Part shown: positions 19,314-28,446 of the stretch, piece by piece
How positions within the stretch are numbered: the first letter of the stretch is position 1
How the letters are laid out: every line of letters starts with the position of its first letter
NCBI GenBank assembly: GCA_030650275.1
Contig: JAUSEK010000023.1
Span: 34,189-98,188, forward strand
Direction: 5' to 3'
DNA: 64,000 nucleotides
Source of the DNA: Candidatus Omnitrophota bacterium
GTDB taxonomy: Bacteria > Omnitrophota > Gorgyraeia > Zapsychrales > Fredricksoniimonadaceae
The notes under the pieces: model-generated
What the model was told of the DNA's origin: nothing
What the model saw: the letters and a program-made list of their open reading frames with translations, nothing else
Databases searched by the model: none
Position numbers and translations under genes: made by a program

Positions 19314-20606
19314 ATGCCAAGAGGCGCGCCGCTTGCCCTTTGTTGCGCGTGGATATTGATGGCCCTGACCGGGTGCTCCCCGTCCCCCTCTAAAAGCAAT
19401 ACCATCCTCCTGTGGCACTGGATGACGGACCGTCACGACACCCTCGAGCAGTTAGCGGAAAAATACAAACAAGAGACAGGCATCGAAGTCACGGTCCAGT
19501 TGTTCGCCCCTTCCGAAGCGTATTCGCAGAAAGTGATCGCCGCGGCGCAGGGCAATGTCCTGCCGGACATTTACGGCGTTCTGGACAAGAAATCCATCGT
19601 GGCTGATTTCATCCAGGCGGGACTTATCGCCGATCTGACGAACGCAATGGAAGCGGACGGGGGGAGGTGGAAGAACAGCCTGTTTGACAAGGCCCTGGCC
19701 GACAGGCGCTTTGACGCCGGCAACATCTATGGGGTAAAGCCCGGGATCTACGGGGTCCCCATCGACGTGACCAGTCAGCAGATGCTCTACAACAGGAAAC
19801 TCCTAGCCAAGGCGGGCATCACGGCGCCGCCTAAGACCTGGGACGAATGGATCAGGGACTGCCAGGCGCTGCGGCGTGTGGGGATCACACCGTTCGTGTC
19901 CGGCTGGGGCGAGCTCTGGTTGCTGGATTGTTTCGCCTCCAATTATGCGTTCAATATCATGGGGGAAGCGAAGGTTTTCGCCACCTACCGGGGAGAAGTC
20001 AAGTACACTGACCCTGACTGGATCAGGGTCTTGGGGCTCTTCGAAGAATTACGCGGCAAGAATGCCCTCATGGAAGGCATCGTGACCAAGGGCAATAAAT
20101 ACGCCGAGCAGGATTTCGCCCTGGAGCGCGCCGCTTTCACCTTCAACGGGTCCTGGTGCGTCAATGTTTATAAGGACATGAATCCGAAACTGGACTACGG
20201 GGTCATGCTCCCGCCGCCATTGGACACGGCGTTCCCGCTTAAGATCTGGGGAGGGGCCGGCTCCTCTTTTGTGGTCAATAGCACCTCTCCTCATAAGGAC
20301 AAGGCCACGGCGTTCTTGAAGTGGTTGACCGCCAAGGAACAGCAAGCGGTGCTGTCCAAGAATACCAACAATTTGCCCGCAAACCGCGAGGCCATGGCGT
20401 TGATCCCACCCATCCTCGAGGAGTTTGCCAAGGGCATGGAAAATTCAACGCACCCGAACACCTGGCCGGTCCATGAAGATCCGCTGGTTGCGGAAACTCT
20501 TGACAAGGGCATCCAGAACATCATCATCGGCGAGAAAACCCCTGGGCAGGTGGCCGCTGATGTGCAACGGGTCAAGGACCGTCAAATGTCCAAAGGGAGC
20601 CGTTAG
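19314..20606 (+). CDS. ABC sugar transporter substrate-binding lipoprotein
   Basis: Lipobox LTGCSP; family-1 solute-binding protein features. Confidence 0.75.
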   Translation: MPRGAPLALCCAWILMALTGCSPSPSKSNTILLWHWMTDRHDTLEQLAEKYKQETGIEVTVQLFAPSEAYSQKVIAAAQGNVLPDIYGVLDKKSIVADFIQAGLIADLTNAMEADGGRWKNSLFDKALADRRFDAGNIYGVKPGIYGVPIDVTSQQMLYNRKLLAKAGITAPPKTWDEWIRDCQALRRVGITPFVSGWGELWLLDCFASNYAFNIMGEAKVFATYRGEVKYTDPDWIRVLGLFEELRGKNALMEGIVTKGNKYAEQDFALERAAFTFNGSWCVNVYKDMNPKLDYGVMLPPPLDTAFPLKIWGGAGSSFVVNSTSPHKDKATAFLKWLTAKEQQAVLSKNTNNLPANREAMALIPPILEEFAKGMENSTHPNTWPVHEDPLVAETLDKGIQNIIIGEKTPGQVAADVQRVKDRQMSKGSR

Positions 20607-20607
20607 C

Positions 20608-21522
20608 ATGGACCGGAAGTTCAGGAATGCCGCCGTTGCCAGGGACCATTTGGAGAATTTCCTGTTCGTTGTTCCCGCCGTCGCTATTTTCTGCATTTTT
20701 TACATTTACCCGTTTTACAAGATGATCAACCTTTCCTTGTTCGAATGGAAAGGGATCGGCCCCATGCATTTCGTGGGATTGGCCAATTACAAAGAGCTGA
20801 TGGGAGACCATCTCTGGTGGGATTCCATCGGCCACGCCGGATACATCACCCTCATCGCCTTGATCTTCCAGAATCTCCTGGCGTTCGCGCTGGCCTTGGC
20901 CTGCGACCGGGAGATCCGCTTGAAGGGCTTCTACCGCGCGGTCTTCTTCATCCCGCCGGTGCTTTCGGAAGTCGTTGTCGGTCTCATCTGGAACTGGATC
21001 CTCAACCCTCAAATGCAGAACAACCAGCCCGTGGGACTGCTGAATCATTTCCTGTATGCCACGGGTTTCCCCCAGTTGGTGCATAACTGGTTGGGGGACC
21101 CCAAGACGGCCCTGACCACCATCGCCGTCGTCAATGCCTGGAAAGGGTTTGGCTGGGGCTTCATCATGTTCCTGGCCGGCCTGCAGACCATCGACAAACA
21201 GCTCTATGAAGCGGCCAGGGTCGACGGGGCAGGGGCATGGAAAACCTTCACCAACGTGACCGTCCCCATGATGCTGCCGGTGATCCTGGTGGTCGTCATC
21301 CTGACGGTGTTGGGGTGCATGCAGGTCTTTGTCCTTATCCTGGCCTTGGTCAGCGAGGGGCTGGTCAATCACACGGACGTGCCCGTGACGCGCATTTTCT
21401 CGGCGATGCAAAGCACCAACCGCTTTGGCTATGCCTGTGCCGAGGCGGTCATTTTCGGGGCCACCCTCATCTGCATCTCTTTCATCCTGAAAAAACTGGC
21501 GGACAGGACGAGGCAATTGTAG
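20608..21522 (+). CDS. ABC sugar transporter permease (MalF/UgpA-like)
   Basis: ATG 20608 right after SBP stop; EAA-loop region EAARVDGAGAWKTFTNVTVP. Confidence 0.75.
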   Translation: MDRKFRNAAVARDHLENFLFVVPAVAIFCIFYIYPFYKMINLSLFEWKGIGPMHFVGLANYKELMGDHLWWDSIGHAGYITLIALIFQNLLAFALALACDREIRLKGFYRAVFFIPPVLSEVVVGLIWNWILNPQMQNNQPVGLLNHFLYATGFPQLVHNWLGDPKTALTTIAVVNAWKGFGWGFIMFLAGLQTIDKQLYEAARVDGAGAWKTFTNVTVPMMLPVILVVVILTVLGCMQVFVLILALVSEGLVNHTDVPVTRIFSAMQSTNRFGYACAEAVIFGATLICISFILKKLADRTRQL

Positions 21523-21524
21523 AT

Positions 21525-22370
21525 ATGCGCGTGAACAGATACATCCTCTGGAGAATGACCAAATCGACGTTCATCCACCTTTTCCTGGGCACAGTGACGC
21601 TGGTGTGCCTGTTCCCCCTCTTTTGGATGATACGCTGCTCGCTGATGAGCAATGAGACCATCTTCGTTGACACGGGGCTGCTGCCGCATCACATCAACTT
21701 CGGTAATTTCGCCATCGCGTGGACCAAGGGCCATCTGGCCGGGTTTTTCTTCAACAGCGTCATTTATACGGCCTGCGTCGTCAGTGGCATCGTGCTCATT
21801 TCTTCGCTCGCGGCTTTTGCCTTTTCGCGGCTGGAATTCCCGGGCAAGAACGTCCTGTTCTACCTGTTCGTTGCGGCCATGATGATCCCTTTGCCGGGAA
21901 GCTTCGTGGCGTTGTTCGTGCTGATGGCCAAACTGCACCTGGTCAATACCCGTATCGGCTATATCCTGTGCATGATCAACGTCGGGCTGTCCATGAGCAT
22001 TCTTTTATTGAAAACATTTTTTGACAAGATGCCCCGTGACCTGGAAGACGCAGCCCGCATCGACGGCTGCTCCAAACTGGGGATCTGGTGGAACGTGGCC
22101 CTGCCCCTGGCCCGGCCGGCCATTGCGGTCATTGTGATCTTCAATTCACTGACCGTCTGGAATGAATATATCCTGGCAACCCTGCTGTTGGGGGACACCA
22201 GCCTCATGCCCTTGCAACGGGGGCTGATGGTTTTTCAGGGAGCCAACAGCGTTGATTACCCGGTCTTGATGGCCGGCCTCACCATGGCGGCAGTGCCTAT
22301 TGTTATGGTATACTTGGCCATGCAGAAACATATTATCAAAGGCCTGTCTTCGGGAGCTGTGGTCGGTTAG
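21525..22370 (+). CDS. ABC sugar transporter permease (MalG/UgpE-like)
   Basis: ATG 21525; EAA motif EDAARIDGCSKLGIWWNVALP. Confidence 0.75.
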   Translation: MRVNRYILWRMTKSTFIHLFLGTVTLVCLFPLFWMIRCSLMSNETIFVDTGLLPHHINFGNFAIAWTKGHLAGFFFNSVIYTACVVSGIVLISSLAAFAFSRLEFPGKNVLFYLFVAAMMIPLPGSFVALFVLMAKLHLVNTRIGYILCMINVGLSMSILLLKTFFDKMPRDLEDAARIDGCSKLGIWWNVALPLARPAIAVIVIFNSLTVWNEYILATLLLGDTSLMPLQRGLMVFQGANSVDYPVLMAGLTMAAVPIVMVYLAMQKHIIKGLSSGAVVG

Positions 22371-22374
22371 AATT

Positions 22375-24705
22375 ATGGGGACACAATACTTAATTCAACA
22401 CAACACTTCATCAGGAATTAAGCATTATGTCCCCATAATTTTGCTGTCTGTTTTTCTTGCATCATGGGGTTTTTGTGCCTTTGCCGAGGACGTTCCTGCC
22501 GCCACATCCTCTGAAGAGCTCGTCCGCCTGTCCTGGAAGGCCTCCAACGAGGGGAATATCGACGCCCTCAACAAACTTTACGACGTAATGATCGCCGCCT
22601 ACGATGCCGAGGCCCGCCTGCAGGCGGGCCGTTTGACCGGTTTCCCCCCACGGGACCAGGCTGAAAGTTATCGCATCATGGACGATGTGGCCACCGTCAT
22701 GTTCATCAAGGCCGAGACCTTGATGCACCAAGGCAAGAATGACGAGGCCAAGGTCCTCTTTGAGCAGGTCAGCGCGCAATACCCGTGGGCCCAGAGTTGG
22801 GACCCCAGCCGCGGTTCATTCTGGTCGGTCAAAGAAAAAGCCCAGGCGAGCATCAAGACCATGTCCGGCCAGGCCCCGGACCAGGAAGCGGCTGTTGAGC
22901 GCAAAGTCCCGCGCACGGTCCCTCATCTTGCTTTCCCGGGCAAACGGGTCGTGGATTATCTGAAGTACGGCCGTTTCCTTAATGCCGGCACAAAAGGTTA
23001 TCATTATCAGGTCACGGACCCAAAAGGGCTTAAGGCCGCCGCCGGAGAAGCTATTTATCCCAACCTCACGGACATGTATCGGGACCCCGCGTACAAAAAG
23101 GCCTTGCAGGAAGGCCGGCTGGAGGGCAGCCACTGGGATTTCGTCAATACCGATGACATGCAAGCCGCTATTTTCAAATGGGCCACGGCCCCGGAACCCT
23201 GGGGCACGCGGCTTTTTTATATGGGCGTCATTTTTGAAAAGGCCAAAATGTATCATGAGGCCATCAAGGCCTACCACGCCGTTGTCGTGTTCTTTCCAGA
23301 GACGGTTGCATGGACATATTGGCAAACTCCCTGGTATCCGGGCCAGGCCGCCGTCGCCAAGATCCAGTATATTATCCGCACGCATCCGGAATTAAAACTG
23401 GAATTCAAGGGGGCGAAAATTCAGATCCTGAATTCTTTTGACAATGACCCGAAAAACGACGTGACCATGACCAGTCCCGGGACCGTCACCAGGGCCAGCA
23501 CGAAATTACGCGTGGAACAGATGCAAGTCCCGTTGGGCGAACCGGTCAAGACCGTTGGCACAGGCCTGGTGCAGCTGGTCAAATATTCAAGCGGTCCCTG
23601 GCAGATGACCGTTGACGGCAAGCCGTTCTTGATCAAAGGCATGAGCTATATGCCCAACAAGGTCGGCCAGAGCCCGGACAAGGGCACCCTGACCAATTGG
23701 ATGGAACAGGACGAGAATGCCAACGGGCTCATCGACGCCCCTGATGAGGCGTGGGTGGACAAGAACCACAACGATCAGCAGGACCCTGATGAGCCGTCCG
23801 TCGGTGATTTTGCTTTGATGAAAGACGTGGGCGTCAATACCATCCGCTTGTACCATCACCCCATGAAACCCAACAAAGCGCTCCTGGAAAAAATGTTCAA
23901 GGACCACGGGTTGATGGTCGTCCTGGGGGATTTCATCGGCAAATACGCCATCGGGTCCGGAGCATCCTGGTCGGAGGGGACCGATTATGAAAATCCAGAG
24001 CATCTCAAGGCCATGATGGACAGCGTCCGGCAGATGGTCATGGAATACAAGGACGAGCCGTACATTTTGATGTGGATCTTAGGCAATGAGAACAATTACG
24101 GGGTCGCGTCCAATGCCGACAAAAAACCGGACGCGTATTACAAATTCGTCAATGAACTCGCGCTTATGATCAAGTCCATGGACCCCGATCATCCGGTTGC
24201 CCTGTGCAACGGGGACACTCTGTATCTGGATAAGTTCGCCCAATTCGCGCCGGACGTGGACATTTATGCCGGCAACGTGTATCGGGGCGATTACGGGTTT
24301 GGGTCATTCTGGCAGCAGGTGGCCGAGGTCGCGGACAAGCCGGCGTTCATTTCCGAATACGGTGCCCCGGCCTTTGCTCCGCCCATGTCTTATGAAGAGG
24401 CCCAGCAGGCCCAGGCCGATTATCACCGCGGCAACTGGTTAGACATCCAATACAACAGCGCCGGTTACGGGGACGGAGCAGGTAATGCCATCGGCGGCAT
24501 TGCCTTTGAGTGGCTGGATGAATGGTGGAAGAATTATGAACCATCCATCCACGACACCAAGGCCGATGTGGTGGGGCCTTTCGCGGGCGGGTATTATTAT
24601 GAGGAATGGTTCGGTATTTTCGGCCAGGGGGACGGCAAAAGCAGCCCTTTTCTGCGCGAACCCAGAAAGGTTCACAATACTTATAAGGAACTTTGGAAAA
24701 ACTGA
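22375..24705 (+). CDS. secreted clan GH-A TIM-barrel glycoside hydrolase (GH2/GH5-like) with N-terminal WDPxGxFW helical domain
   Basis: Signal peptide IILLSVFLASWGFCAFA; catalytic-looking ILGNENNY (acid/base) and ISEYGAP (nucleophile) motifs; N-terminal domain homologous to repeats of 28447..29310. Confidence 0.6.
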   Translation: MGTQYLIQHNTSSGIKHYVPIILLSVFLASWGFCAFAEDVPAATSSEELVRLSWKASNEGNIDALNKLYDVMIAAYDAEARLQAGRLTGFPPRDQAESYRIMDDVATVMFIKAETLMHQGKNDEAKVLFEQVSAQYPWAQSWDPSRGSFWSVKEKAQASIKTMSGQAPDQEAAVERKVPRTVPHLAFPGKRVVDYLKYGRFLNAGTKGYHYQVTDPKGLKAAAGEAIYPNLTDMYRDPAYKKALQEGRLEGSHWDFVNTDDMQAAIFKWATAPEPWGTRLFYMGVIFEKAKMYHEAIKAYHAVVVFFPETVAWTYWQTPWYPGQAAVAKIQYIIRTHPELKLEFKGAKIQILNSFDNDPKNDVTMTSPGTVTRASTKLRVEQMQVPLGEPVKTVGTGLVQLVKYSSGPWQMTVDGKPFLIKGMSYMPNKVGQSPDKGTLTNWMEQDENANGLIDAPDEAWVDKNHNDQQDPDEPSVGDFALMKDVGVNTIRLYHHPMKPNKALLEKMFKDHGLMVVLGDFIGKYAIGSGASWSEGTDYENPEHLKAMMDSVRQMVMEYKDEPYILMWILGNENNYGVASNADKKPDAYYKFVNELALMIKSMDPDHPVALCNGDTLYLDKFAQFAPDVDIYAGNVYRGDYGFGSFWQQVAEVADKPAFISEYGAPAFAPPMSYEEAQQAQADYHRGNWLDIQYNSAGYGDGAGNAIGGIAFEWLDEWWKNYEPSIHDTKADVVGPFAGGYYYEEWFGIFGQGDGKSSPFLREPRKVHNTYKELWKN

Positions 24706-24845
24706 ATACCCCGCATTTTTGACCTTCCATAGGAATAATTTCAGAAATATTTTTTAATTTAGTCGTAACTAATTGATATTAATATTGTTACGTCATTTCC
24801 TTTTATTTGCACATTCCCCAAAAGCATGTTATCTTTGAACGTTAT

Positions 24846-24863
24846 CCGGGAAACGTTTCCCGG
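24846..24863 (+). promoter_or_regulatory. perfect 18-bp palindrome CCGGGAAACGTTTCCCGG (LacI/PurR-type operator-like, central AAACGTTT)
   Basis: Read directly; lies between AT-rich promoter region and ATG 24919. Confidence 0.45.
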
Positions 24864-24870
24864 CCCAAAG

Positions 24871-24900
24871 GATGTCATTCCCGCGTAGGCGGGAATCCAG
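24871..24900 (+). repeat. hairpin repeat family copy 1 (GATGTCATTCCCGC-GTAG-GCGGGAATCCAG)
   Basis: 8-bp stem ATTCCCGC/GCGGGAAT with conserved flanks; recurs at 25884 and 52266. Confidence 0.7.
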
Positions 24901-24918
24901 AACATAGAGATTAAATCA

Positions 24919-27900
24919 ATGTTTAAAAAATCCCTGAGCATTGCCCTCATTGTTGCTTTTTTCCTGACCTCCCTGGGGCCTATTCCCAAAGCTCATGCCG
25001 ACGTCCTTAATCTTCCCATCCCCGGCACCATGGTCAACTTAAGTCCTGCCTATGAGCCGGTGATGATCAAGGGCTTGACCGTCCACAAAGACAATCCCTT
25101 TTTGTTTGACTTTATCGTGGATGTGGGTGATTCAGGATTGTCCGTAGGGAACGCAGATCTGCGTTCCCTACAAGATGAATCAACCAAATTAATCAAATAT
25201 TTCCTTGCTTCTTTAGCCATTCCTGAAAAAGACCTTTGGGTCAACTTATCTCCATATGAGAAAGACCGCACCATCCCCGAAGAACTCTCCAAGACCGACA
25301 TGGGCCGTGACCTATTAGCCCAGGACTATATCCTCAAACAGATCACCGCCTCACTCATTTATCCTGAAAAGGCCTTAGGAAAAACATTCTGGGACAAGGT
25401 CTATACCAAAGCCCAACAACTCTACGGCACCACAGAAGTTCCCGTCAACACCTTCAACAAGGTCTGGATCATGGCAGACAAGGCAGAGGTGTTTGAACGC
25501 AACAACACCGCATTCGTTACCGACAGCCATCTTAAAGTAATGTTGGAAGAGGATTACCTGGCCCTTGAGCATCAAGGGCGGGTCCTGCAAAGCCACGATG
25601 GAACCCGGCCTGCTCACCAGCTCGCAGGCGCGCTAAGCGGTCCGGCTTATTCGCCGGACCAGCGCCCCGCACCACGCATGGATGCCCACACTCTGGCAAG
25701 CGACATCGTGCGTCAAATAATCCTCCCCGAACTAGAAAAAGAAGTCAACACCGGCAAGAACTTCGCTAATCTTCGTCAAATATTCAACTCCCTCATCCTT
25801 GCCTCCTGGTACAAGAAAAACCTCAAAGAAGCCCTCCTTAACCAGGTTTATTCCAATCAATCAAAGGTCAAAGGCATAGAAAGGGATGTCATTCCCGCGA
25901 AAGCGGGAATCCAATCCAAGGACGATGTGGAAGCCATCTACAACCAGTACCTTGCCGCCTACAAGAAGGGCGTGTTCAATTACATCAAAGAGGACATAGA
26001 CAAAGCCAAAGGCACGACGATACCGAGGAAGTATTTTTCGGGTGGGATGCAGATAGCTCCGCATGATGTGGCCATGACAACCGATCCGCAGAAACTGGCC
26101 AACGCCTTGCCAAAAGACAGGGCCCTGGTGTCTTTTCAAACAGGGATGATGGACCATGTTGTGGCTGTGACGCCGACACCAGACCGGGCGATGATAAACG
26201 AGATGCCGGAGAAGTTACGGGGAATATTTTTTTTCACGGACAAGGGGGCGGTCTTAAGATTGCCCCATTGGGAAAGGTTCGTCAGGGATGTTCCTGTCAA
26301 AGAAATTGATGAAATCATTGATTTTTTGGCCCCCATAATGAGGGAAAATGATTCTTACGCTTCCATAATGAGGAAAAGGCTCTCATCATCGGTGGAAGAA
26401 AGACCCAAAAGACCTTCCGGATCTCAGGAGGCTACTATTAAGAGAGTCATACTTTTATTGGCTGCGCAAGGATATTACTTCCCTGTTGGGAGCGAAAACA
26501 GTAAAGAGCCTTTTTCTGTTATGGAGATAACTTTCGACTCCGGGGCACGTAACTATTATTTGACGCTTAATGATGCGGACGGAAAACCCAGGGAAGATTT
26601 AACAGCGCAGGAGAGGTCAAGATTGATAGGGAATGTACGAACCGCGTTAAGGCTCTTTAAAAGAGATCTTGGTGAAGCAACGTCGCTTCAGGGTAAGGAA
26701 GCGTCACGCCGATCCGATGCCCCGGACCGGGCGATGACGGCGAGGCCGGCCGCATTGGTTCAGATACCGGTAGAAATACAATTATGGATCAATGTATCGG
26801 CTGGCAGCGCCAGGCCTGAAAAATGGATTCCATCGGAAACGGTTGTGGCGGAAATGACCGACATGATTGAAGGCGTTTCACCCCAAAGGTCCGAATCAGG
26901 AAGGATCCGTGCCTGGGTGGACCGTACAAAAGAAAAACTCAGTCAAGAAAAACGCGATCCATTAATAGGGTTGAGAGAAGCGATTTCCATGACTGGATCT
27001 TCGCCGGACCAGCCCATATCCAGCAAATTGAGATCCACGGTCAAAAGACGAGTTTTTCTTCATGTCTCGTCCATTCCCGGGGATGAGCGGACTTCGCCTG
27101 AAACCGTTATTGCCGTCATCAATGAGATGATCAGCAAACAGGTTCCTCTTATGGATGAAACGTCAGATTCGATTCGGCAGTGGGTGAGGTCGCAACAACA
27201 AAGATATCCCGGTGATCAAGAAGAACAACTTGTGCAATTGCGGGAAGGTATTACCCGTGCTGTCGCAGCCGCCGCCCCGGACCGGGCGATGGTGGGCAAG
27301 CCACGGACATTGGATGGAATGATGGATCTTGAAGTTGCACGCATGGTGGTACGAATCAAGCGGTCTATGGAGCTCGTAGAAAGAACAATGGAGAGCGCAG
27401 GCAGGATTGTGCGGTGGTATTCCACAAATAAAAGCGGGTTGACCCCGCAAAGCATAGGAAGCCTTCAGGAGGCGCACACAATATTAGAGTATTATTTGGC
27501 TATATGGAAAATAGATTTAGAAAAATTGGAAACTGTTTTTACGGGTTCTTCCCCGGAAGATTATCAGACCATTGCACCGGCCCTACGCGCCGATATCCGG
27601 CAGGCGAGATCATTAATAGAGAGAATAGCATCCTTACTTCCCAGAGAAAGCGCTGTAGCACCGGACCAGGCGATGATGGGACCGAACCAGCCCAGGTCGC
27701 AGAGCGAAGCCTTGAACATGGCCCTTCAAATCCTGGATCATATTACTGGCACGGATTATCAAAATGCCAAGAGGATTCTTTTTGAAAAGATCCTTGAATT
27801 AAAATTTGGGGCGTTCGGTGAGGCAGTGGTTATCAAGGACCCGCAGCACATCCTTCCTTTATTTGAACTGACCAGAATAGATCCGCCCAGGGCCGAGATC

Positions 27901-28359
27901 ATGGAGGGGCTGGCGGACCTGATCAGTGATGGCATCCTTGATCCCGAGGCTGTGCGTGACATTGTGACCATGGAGGATATCAGGCACTACCGGCGGATAA
28001 ACGCCATGCAAATAGAAACAATAGGGGCAGGGTCACCGGCGGGAGATCTTATACATGCGTTGGAGATATTTGTCGGCGTGGTCACAGATGACAGCGTGTC
28101 CGGCGCCAAAGGCCCGGACCAGGCGATGGCGGCCAAGGGTGGTATTGACCTGAACGCCGGAAACATGAAGTGGAGCGTCCGTAAGGATGGGAGCGGTGTT
28201 GAGATGAAGGTTGACCCGGCCCTGATCGAGCGCATCAAACGCGAAGGCATTGACAGTTTGACGCCGGTGATCTTTCGCGTCACGCCGGTGGTGAGTATTT
28301 GGCCTTTGGTTGGTTTAGATCCGCCCAAAAAGGAAGAAGAGCGTTTGGTCGGGGTGTAA
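24919..28359 (+). CDS. 1146-aa secreted protein with seven reiterated [AP]PD[RQ]AM motifs; no recognised catalytic domain
   Basis: Signal peptide then long ORF with strong coding periodicity; repeated DNA core CCGGACCGGGCGATG / CCGGACCAGGCGATG at 25641, 26175, 26716, 27001, 27285, 27661, 28117. Confidence 0.6.
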   Translation: MFKKSLSIALIVAFFLTSLGPIPKAHADVLNLPIPGTMVNLSPAYEPVMIKGLTVHKDNPFLFDFIVDVGDSGLSVGNADLRSLQDESTKLIKYFLASLAIPEKDLWVNLSPYEKDRTIPEELSKTDMGRDLLAQDYILKQITASLIYPEKALGKTFWDKVYTKAQQLYGTTEVPVNTFNKVWIMADKAEVFERNNTAFVTDSHLKVMLEEDYLALEHQGRVLQSHDGTRPAHQLAGALSGPAYSPDQRPAPRMDAHTLASDIVRQIILPELEKEVNTGKNFANLRQIFNSLILASWYKKNLKEALLNQVYSNQSKVKGIERDVIPAKAGIQSKDDVEAIYNQYLAAYKKGVFNYIKEDIDKAKGTTIPRKYFSGGMQIAPHDVAMTTDPQKLANALPKDRALVSFQTGMMDHVVAVTPTPDRAMINEMPEKLRGIFFFTDKGAVLRLPHWERFVRDVPVKEIDEIIDFLAPIMRENDSYASIMRKRLSSSVEERPKRPSGSQEATIKRVILLLAAQGYYFPVGSENSKEPFSVMEITFDSGARNYYLTLNDADGKPREDLTAQERSRLIGNVRTALRLFKRDLGEATSLQGKEASRRSDAPDRAMTARPAALVQIPVEIQLWINVSAGSARPEKWIPSETVVAEMTDMIEGVSPQRSESGRIRAWVDRTKEKLSQEKRDPLIGLREAISMTGSSPDQPISSKLRSTVKRRVFLHVSSIPGDERTSPETVIAVINEMISKQVPLMDETSDSIRQWVRSQQQRYPGDQEEQLVQLREGITRAVAAAAPDRAMVGKPRTLDGMMDLEVARMVVRIKRSMELVERTMESAGRIVRWYSTNKSGLTPQSIGSLQEAHTILEYYLAIWKIDLEKLETVFTGSSPEDYQTIAPALRADIRQARSLIERIASLLPRESAVAPDQAMMGPNQPRSQSEALNMALQILDHITGTDYQNAKRILFEKILELKFGAFGEAVVIKDPQHILPLFELTRIDPPRAEIMEGLADLISDGILDPEAVRDIVTMEDIRHYRRINAMQIETIGAGSPAGDLIHALEIFVGVVTDDSVSGAKGPDQAMAAKGGIDLNAGNMKWSVRKDGSGVEMKVDPALIERIKREGIDSLTPVIFRVTPVVSIWPLVGLDPPKKEEERLVGV
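25884..25913 (+). repeat. hairpin repeat family copy 2, in-frame inside the 1146-aa gene (encodes ...RDVIPAKAGIQ...)
   Basis: GGATGTCATTCCCGC-GAAA-GCGGGAATCCA, near-identical to copy 1 except loop. Confidence 0.7.
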
Positions 28360-28446
28360 CGCGTCGGGCTTGCCGAATCCGGAAAGATGTATTATACTTC
28401 TAGGGTGTAAGTTCAGTTTGAATAACAATCAAGATGGAGGTTGGAT

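Noticed and set aside
20572-21516. 314-aa minus-strand ORF
   Set aside because: It is antisense to the ABC permease gene and has an extremely biased (D/E/G/R/H) composition.
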